Made by a program: the position numbers and the translations under genes | The notes under the pieces: generated by a model | What the model was told of the DNA's origin: nothing | What the model saw: the letters and a program-made list of their open reading frames with translations, nothing else | The model's database searches: none | In this document: one piece after another, positions 25,479 through 31,049 of the stretch | Position numbering within the stretch: position 1 is the first letter of the stretch | Layout: every line of letters starts with the position of its first letter | Assembly: GCA_017958015.1 (NCBI GenBank) | Contig: JAGDDM010000181.1 | Span: 1 to 31,049 of the forward strand | Source of the DNA: Abditibacteriota bacterium | Lineage (GTDB): Bacteria > Armatimonadota > UBA5829 | Direction of reading: 5' to 3' | DNA: 31,049 nt

Positions 25479-26503
25479 GCCGGTATATGGAACGGGCGCT
25501 GGAGCTGGCCGCGAAGGGCAGAACTTCCCCGAATCCAAAGGTGGGCTGCGTCATCGTCCGGGACGATGTCGTTGTGGGCGAGGGCTTCCACCCGAAGGCC
25601 GGAATGCCCCACGCGGAGGTTTACGCTCTCCGGGACGCCGGGGATAAGGCGAAGGGGGCGGAGATGTACGTCACCCTTGAGCCCTGCTCCCACTACGGCA
25701 AAACACCGCCCTGCGCGAACGCGGTTGTGGCCGCGGGAATAAGAAACGTTTACGTCGCCATGACGGACCCGGACGAAAAGGTCTCCGGCAGGGGTATAAA
25801 GATTCTCCGGGACGCGGGAATCGAGGTGGAAATCGGCGATTGCGGGGATAAGGCCCGGAAACTCAACGAGTCTTACATCAAGCACCGCACGACCGGAATG
25901 CCCTTCGTGATTTTGAAATCCGCCATGACCCTTGACGGCAGAATCGCCACCGCGACAGGGGACTCCAAGTGGATATCCTGCGACAAGTCCCGGAAGTTCG
26001 TCCACGAAATGCGGGCGGAGGTTGACGCCGTGCTGGTGGGCGCCGGAACGGCCCGAATCGACGACCCCATGCTGAACGCCAGACTCGAAAACGAGACCCT
26101 TTATCCCAGGAGGGTTGTTGTCACAAAGTCCGGAAATCTGCCGGATTTGAAGATGTTTCATGAACCCGGCGAGACAATCGTGGCGGTAACGGGCGGCGCC
26201 TTGCCGTCGCTGAACTGCCGTGTTTTGAGGGCGGAAAACCTCAAAGATCTTTTCCGCAGGCTGGGGGAAGAGGGCGTGCTGTCCGTCCTTATTGAGGGCG
26301 GCGGCGAAACCGCCTGGTCGGCCTTAAATGAGGGCTTGGTGGACAAAGTGGTGTATTTCTATTCTCCCCGGCTCAGGGGGGGCAGAGACGCCGTTCCCGC
26401 TCTGGGAGGCGAGGGCGTCGGGAAAGTAAAGGACGCGCCGAGGCTTAAGAATATCGAGGTTTCGCGCTTCGACGATGATATTTGCGTGACGGGGTATTTG
26501 TGA
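25475..26503 (+). CDS. ribD: Bifunctional riboflavin biosynthesis deaminase/reductase RibD
   Basis: GTG 25475 overlaps the previous stop (track start 25340 is too early). TSPNPKVGCVIV, HAE, VTLEPCSHYGKTPPC zinc motifs, KSAMTLDGRIAT...SKWIS and VLIEGGG. Confidence 0.95.
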   Translation: MSRYMERALELAAKGRTSPNPKVGCVIVRDDVVVGEGFHPKAGMPHAEVYALRDAGDKAKGAEMYVTLEPCSHYGKTPPCANAVVAAGIRNVYVAMTDPDEKVSGRGIKILRDAGIEVEIGDCGDKARKLNESYIKHRTTGMPFVILKSAMTLDGRIATATGDSKWISCDKSRKFVHEMRAEVDAVLVGAGTARIDDPMLNARLENETLYPRRVVVTKSGNLPDLKMFHEPGETIVAVTGGALPSLNCRVLRAENLKDLFRRLGEEGVLSVLIEGGGETAWSALNEGLVDKVVYFYSPRLRGGRDAVPALGGEGVGKVKDAPRLKNIEVSRFDDDICVTGYL

Positions 26504-27135
26504 TGTTTACCGGAATAATCCGCGAAGTGGGGGTTCTGAAATCCCTGCGCCGGGGCAGTGTTTGCCGAACGGAGATTGACGCTCCGAAAACCGCCCCCGG
26601 AGTCGATATAGGCGACTCGGTGGCGGTAAACGGTGTGTGTCTCACGGTAACGGGTAAAGAAGGCTCCCTCCTGCGTTTCGACGCGGTGCCGGAGACCCTT
26701 TCCCGCTCCACTCTGGGCGGTCTCAAAATCGGCGACGGTGTGAACATCGAGCCGGCGCTCCGTGTGGGTGAGATGCTTGGCGGCCACATCGTTCAGGGCC
26801 ACGTTGACGGCGTGGGCAGAGTGAGCAAAATCACGGACCTGGGCGAAAGCGTTGTGATAGACATCGACGCTCCGGCGGAACTTATGAATCAGATTGTGGA
26901 GAAAGGCTCCGTGGCGCTGGACGGCGTCAGTTTAACCGTCAGCCGCTGCGGGGAGCGAAACTTTTCCGTGGCGGTGATTCCCCACACCCTTGCGGAAACA
27001 ACTCTTAAAGAGAAGAAACCGGGCTCGGAAATCAACATCGAGACGGACATAATAGGGAAATATTTGGAAAAACTTGTTCGGGGCAAAAAGCCCGGACTCA
27101 CCGCCGATTTTTTGGCGGAAAACGGATTTATGTGA
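26503..27135 (+). CDS. ribE: Riboflavin synthase (alpha chain)
   Basis: Canonical MFTGII N-terminus at ATG 26503 (TGATG overlap with ribD); GDSVAVNGVCLTV, GGHIVQGHVDG, KGSVALDGVSLTV, IPHTL and NIETDIIGKY. Called ribC in E. coli nomenclature. Confidence 0.96.
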   Translation: MFTGIIREVGVLKSLRRGSVCRTEIDAPKTAPGVDIGDSVAVNGVCLTVTGKEGSLLRFDAVPETLSRSTLGGLKIGDGVNIEPALRVGEMLGGHIVQGHVDGVGRVSKITDLGESVVIDIDAPAELMNQIVEKGSVALDGVSLTVSRCGERNFSVAVIPHTLAETTLKEKKPGSEINIETDIIGKYLEKLVRGKKPGLTADFLAENGFM

Positions 27136-27142
27136 GGATGCG

Positions 27143-28399
27143 ATGAGCGATGTTTTCGCCACCGTTCAGGAAGCGGTGGAAGACCTTAAAAAAGGCAAAA
27201 TGATAATCGTCACCGACGACGAGGACAGGGAGAATGAGGGCGACTTCATCATGGCGGCCCAGTTCACCACCCCGGAGGATATTAACTTCATAACGAAGCA
27301 CGGCAGAGGCCTTGTGTGCGTTCCCATGACCGCCGCCCGGTGCGACGAGTTGGATCTGCCCATGATGGTGGACCGCAACACCGCCCGATTGGGCACCGCC
27401 TTCACCGTCAGCGTGGACGCCCTTGAGGACACCACTACCGGCATCTCCGCCGCGGACAGAGCAAAGACAATTCAAGTCCTCGCGGACCCCGGCGCCAAGC
27501 CTTCGGACCTTGCCAGACCCGGCCACATAAGCCCTCTGCGGGCCCAGGACGGCGGCGTTCTCGTTCGCACCGGCCACACGGAGGCCACCGTTGACCTTTT
27601 GCGGATAGCCGGTCTGAGGGACGTGGGTGTTCTCTGCGAGATTCTCAATGAGGACGGCACCATGGCGAGAATGCCCCAGCTGCGGGCTATCGCCGAGGAG
27701 TTCGACCTGAAGATTGTCACCATCGCCGAGCTCATCGCCTACCGCCGCCACAACGAGACTCTGGTTCGCAAGTTCGCCACCTGCCGCATTCCCACCAAGT
27801 ACGGCGAGTTCACCGCCCACGGCTACCAGTCGGAGGTTGACGAGACAAGTCCTTACATCGCCCTTGTCATGGGCGACATCACCGACGGCGAGCCCACTTT
27901 GGTGCGCGTCCACTCCGGCTGTTTCACCGGCGACGTGCTGGGTTCTCTGCGCTGCGAGTGCGGCGACCAGCTCCACAAGTCAATGGAGATGATAGCCGAG
28001 GAAGGCAAGGGCGTTCTGCTCTACATCTACCACCAGGAGGGCAGGGGCATCGGCCTTGTGAACAAACTGAAGGCCTACGTCCTGCAGGACGAGGGGGCGG
28101 ACACTCTGGACGCCAACCACATGCTGGGCTTCCCGGGGGATATGCGGGATTACAGTTTGGGCGCTCAGGTGCTTGTGGATTTGGGACTCAAGAAGATTAG
28201 GCTCCTCACCAACAATCCGGGCAAGTGCAAGGGCCTTTCCGGTTACGGTTTGGAGATTGTCGAACAGGTGCCCATCGTCTGCGGCATCGGTCCCGACAAC
28301 GAAAGATATATGCGGACGAAGAAAGACCGCATGGGACACATTCTCAACGAGGATATGTTCTGCGATTGCGAAGAATGCTCAAAAAAGGAGAATAAATAA
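27143..28399 (+). CDS. ribBA: Bifunctional 3,4-dihydroxy-2-butanone-4-phosphate synthase / GTP cyclohydrolase II
   Basis: DDEDRENEGD, FTVSVDA, TTGISAADRA, RPGHI, RTGHTEA, LVRVHSGCFTGDVLGSLRCECGDQL, QEGRGIGL and LLTNNP motifs. ATG 27143 is the likely start. Confidence 0.96.
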   Translation: MSDVFATVQEAVEDLKKGKMIIVTDDEDRENEGDFIMAAQFTTPEDINFITKHGRGLVCVPMTAARCDELDLPMMVDRNTARLGTAFTVSVDALEDTTTGISAADRAKTIQVLADPGAKPSDLARPGHISPLRAQDGGVLVRTGHTEATVDLLRIAGLRDVGVLCEILNEDGTMARMPQLRAIAEEFDLKIVTIAELIAYRRHNETLVRKFATCRIPTKYGEFTAHGYQSEVDETSPYIALVMGDITDGEPTLVRVHSGCFTGDVLGSLRCECGDQLHKSMEMIAEEGKGVLLYIYHQEGRGIGLVNKLKAYVLQDEGADTLDANHMLGFPGDMRDYSLGAQVLVDLGLKKIRLLTNNPGKCKGLSGYGLEIVEQVPIVCGIGPDNERYMRTKKDRMGHILNEDMFCDCEECSKKENK

Positions 28400-28867
28400 A
28401 TGAAACTTTACGAAGGAATGCTCAAAGCCGACAGCCTGAAGATAGGCGTGGTCGTCAGCAGATTTAACGAGTTCATCACATCCAAGCTCCTGGCCGGCGC
28501 CGAGGACGCTTTTGTGCGCCACGGCGGCAAGCCGGACAATATGCACGTGGCTTGGGTTCCCGGAGCTTTCGAGATTCCCCTTATTGCCGAGAAAATGGCC
28601 GTCAGCGGCAAGTACGACGCTGTGGTGTGCCTGGGCGCCGTCATAAGAGGCTCCACCTCCCACTACGACCTTGTTTGCAACGAGGTAGCCAAGGGCACCG
28701 CTCAGGTTTCCCTTTCCACCGGCGTTCCCACTCTCTTTGGCGTTGTCACCACCGACACCATCGAGCAGGCCGTCGAGCGGGCCGGCACCAAAGCCGGCAA
28801 CAAGGGCGCCGACGCCATGGTATCCGCCATTGAGATGGCGAATCTCGCGAAGGAAATCGGCAAATGA
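28400..28867 (+). CDS. ribH: 6,7-dimethyl-8-ribityllumazine synthase
   Basis: [55 protein letters not shown] motifs. Confidence 0.97.
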   Translation: MKLYEGMLKADSLKIGVVVSRFNEFITSKLLAGAEDAFVRHGGKPDNMHVAWVPGAFEIPLIAEKMAVSGKYDAVVCLGAVIRGSTSHYDLVCNEVAKGTAQVSLSTGVPTLFGVVTTDTIEQAVERAGTKAGNKGADAMVSAIEMANLAKEIGK

Positions 28868-30075
28868 ACAAAACCCTGTCTCATGTTTTGGCGGTGGTTT
28901 TGGGCTTTGCCGCCTGCGCCGGAATATACAATTACAACTTCAACCGTCCCACCGGCGACAACGCCGTTAAGATTGTGTCCTCCCGCAGCGGAGGCCCCGG
29001 AATCGTGGGCAAGGACGCCAACGCCGTTCGCAACGCCGCCTCGGTCATAAGCGAATACGTTGTGAACATCGACACCGTGGGCACCCCCATCTTCGAGCGC
29101 ATTCCCTTCGGGGACATCTTCGGTTCCATGGGCGGCAGAGAAACGGTTCCCCGGGGTCAGGCCTCCGGCATCGTCTTCAGCGAAAACGGCTACGTTCTCA
29201 CCAACAACCACGTGGTGGAGAACACCTCCAAGCTGAAGGTGACTCTGAACGACGGCTCTTCCTACGACGCCACCCTTGTGGGCAGAGACCCCCAGACGGA
29301 TCTGGCCGTGATAAAGATTAACCCCAAGGGCAAGATTAAGTACGCCGAGTTCGGCGATTCCGACGCCATTCAGCCCGGCGACTGGGTCATAGCCGTGGGG
29401 AACGCTCTGGGTCTGGGTACCACCGTCACCGTGGGCGTCGTCAGCGCCAAGCGCGAGGAGTTCGAGATTAACGGCAAAGTCTTTTCCGCTCTCATTCAGA
29501 CCGACGCGGCCATCAACCACGGCAACAGCGGCGGCGCGCTGGCGGATTTGAACGGCAAAGTCATCGGCATAAACACCGCCATTATGTCCACCTCCGAAAA
29601 CGGGGGCAGCATAGGCGTGGGTTTCGCCGTCCCCACAAAGACAATAAAGAACATCGCCGACCAAATCATCAAAAGAGGCAAAGTCAGCAGACCCTATCTG
29701 GGTATCCGCTACGTGGGCCTCACCGACGGCGTGCGCAAAACGTTGGAGTCCAAGGGCATAAGCGGGCTTCCCAAAAACGGCGCCATCGTCATGGAAGTTT
29801 ACGACGGCTCTCCCGCCATCACCTCCGGAATGCAGCCCGGGGACGTTATTCTGAAGATTAACGGACAGGAGATAACCGGCGAGGACAAGTCCACCAAGAA
29901 GGCCAAGACCGTGGCGGACACCGTGAACGGTTTGAAGCCCGGCGACACCGTCAAGATAGAGCTGTGGCACAGCGAAACCGGCAACAAGGGCGTCGTCTCC
30001 GTGAAGATAGGCGAGATGCCCACGGATATGCGCGAACGGGAACAGCGCCGAGTCGCTCCCTTCATGGGCAGATAA
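28864..30075 (+). CDS. htrA: HtrA/DegP-family trypsin-like serine protease with one PDZ domain and an N-terminal membrane anchor
   Basis: Catalytic triad motifs TNNHVV, DLAVIK and [15 protein letters not shown]; PDZ region RPYLGI...VYDGSPA...GDVILKING; ATGA overlap with ribH. Confidence 0.92.
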   Translation: MNKTLSHVLAVVLGFAACAGIYNYNFNRPTGDNAVKIVSSRSGGPGIVGKDANAVRNAASVISEYVVNIDTVGTPIFERIPFGDIFGSMGGRETVPRGQASGIVFSENGYVLTNNHVVENTSKLKVTLNDGSSYDATLVGRDPQTDLAVIKINPKGKIKYAEFGDSDAIQPGDWVIAVGNALGLGTTVTVGVVSAKREEFEINGKVFSALIQTDAAINHGNSGGALADLNGKVIGINTAIMSTSENGGSIGVGFAVPTKTIKNIADQIIKRGKVSRPYLGIRYVGLTDGVRKTLESKGISGLPKNGAIVMEVYDGSPAITSGMQPGDVILKINGQEITGEDKSTKKAKTVADTVNGLKPGDTVKIELWHSETGNKGVVSVKIGEMPTDMREREQRRVAPFMGR

Positions 30076-30076
30076 G

Positions 30077-30643
30077 ATGAAAATAGGCATCATAAGCGAC
30101 ACCCACGGCAACGCCGCCGCCTTCGACAGGGCGCTGGAGATTTTCGGCGAAGCGGATCTCATCGTCCACGCCGGCGACGTTCTCTACCACCCGCCGAGAA
30201 TGACCTGCGGCGAAGGCTACGACATCCCGGCTCTGGTTGAGCGGATAAACACTCTGGATATTCCCATGCTCATCGCGGAAGGGAACTGCGACGCCCAAGT
30301 CTACGAGGAGCTGCTGACCATACCCCTCCAGTCTCCCTACTTCGAGACCTGCCGAGGCAATATCGTCATCGCCGCCACCCACGGTCATCTTATGTCAAAT
30401 AACGCAATGATTAACCTGGCCCACCGGAACGGCATTCGGTTCTTCGTGAGCGGCCACACCCACGTGCCGGTGATTCGGGAGGAGGACGGTGTGGTTCTCA
30501 TTAATCCCGGCTCCCCGTCAATACCGAAAGCCGCCTTTGAGGGCGTTTTGACCCCCACGGTGGCAACGCTGGACGACACGGGAACGGTGAAATTGATTGC
30601 CCTTGACGGGCGTGTGCTGATTGAGAAGAAGTTTGAGGTTTGA
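30077..30643 (+). CDS. YfcE/MJ0936-type metallophosphoesterase
   Basis: Calcineurin-like motifs IISDTHGN, HAGDV, GNCD, THGH, GHTH and INPGS. Confidence 0.92.
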   Translation: MKIGIISDTHGNAAAFDRALEIFGEADLIVHAGDVLYHPPRMTCGEGYDIPALVERINTLDIPMLIAEGNCDAQVYEELLTIPLQSPYFETCRGNIVIAATHGHLMSNNAMINLAHRNGIRFFVSGHTHVPVIREEDGVVLINPGSPSIPKAAFEGVLTPTVATLDDTGTVKLIALDGRVLIEKKFEV

Positions 30644-30699
30644 TGATAGGGTATCGCGGGCGGCGCCGCCCGAACGACACTAACGGGAGAAACAAAGAT

Positions 30700-31049
30700 A
30701 TGATGAAAAAAGTTCTGATTATAACCGGCAGCCCTCGGGCTAACGGAAACAGCAATACTCTGGCAAAGGCCTTCGCCAAGGGCGCGGAGGAAGCGGGTTG
30801 TCATGTGGCCTTTTTCGACGCCGCCAAGGCGAACATCGGCGCCTGCAACGCCTGCAACGCTTGCTACAAAAACGGCAAGGCCTGCGCCTTCAGCGAGGAT
30901 TTCTCCGCGCTGGCGGATATGATGGCCACTACGGATGTTCTGGTTTTCGCCACGCCGGTCTACTGGTTCAACTGCTCCGCTCAGCTGAAGTGCGTCATAG
31001 ACAAGTTCTACTCCTTCTGCGTGGCGGAAAAGGTGCCTCCGATTAAGGA
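30700..31049 (+). CDS. Iron-sulfur flavoprotein / NADPH-dependent FMN reductase (flavodoxin-like fold), truncated by the window end
   Basis: Not in the ORF track. RBS GGGAG, then MMKKVLIITGSPRANGNSNTLA (FMN phosphate loop), CNACNACYKNGKAC (Isf-type CX2CX2CX6C), FATPVYW and QLKCVIDK; open to the end of the window. Confidence 0.9.
   Translation, partial: MMKKVLIITGSPRANGNSNTLAKAFAKGAEEAGCHVAFFDAAKANIGACNACNACYKNGKACAFSEDFSALADMMATTDVLVFATPVYWFNCSAQLKCVIDKFYSFCVAEKVPPIK

Noticed and set aside
30798-31046. 82-aa ORF in the track
   Set aside because: It is an alternative frame over the iron-sulfur flavoprotein gene that starts at 30700.
25475-31049. Pilus plus flavin genes as an extracellular electron transfer system
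   Set aside because: No heme-binding CxxCH motifs or FMN-transferase/FMN-binding genes were seen, and a terminator plus a new promoter separate the two blocks; adjacency alone is not evidence.

Overview
GC-rich bacterial window, all credible genes on the + strand, in two blocks. Block 1 (1-21456) is a type IV filament (T4P/T2SS-like) locus. It begins with the 3' end of an upstream gene and a large PilX/GspK-type minor pilin of about 908 aa, split by a -1 frameshift at an A4 run (2130-2133). Two giant secreted multi-beta-propeller proteins follow (about 1523 aa with an N-terminal DUF4159-like domain; 2416 aa with two golvesin/CBM-like inserts, Ca-loop motifs and an Ig-like segment). Then come pilM (with a ~105-aa acidic insert), pilN, pilO-like, pilP-like, a stand-alone STN-domain protein with an SRGGxYGG repeat tail, a secretin, and a strong terminator. 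A diverged 89-bp copy of the last 29 codons of the 2416-aa gene sits 62 bp downstream of it, and most of its changes are synonymous. Block 2 (21580-31049) is a tightly coupled housekeeping run: aroB, an atypical PASTA Ser/Thr kinase, rpe, a small membrane protein, ribD-ribE-ribBA-ribH, an HtrA-type protease, a YfcE-type metallophosphoesterase and a partial iron-sulfur flavoprotein. A secretin together with a PASTA kinase suggests a diderm Terrabacterium such as Armatimonadota/Abditibacteriota; this is inference only. No RNA genes, CRISPR arrays, transposases or integrases were recognised. All domain calls are from motif recognition by eye, not from database searches.
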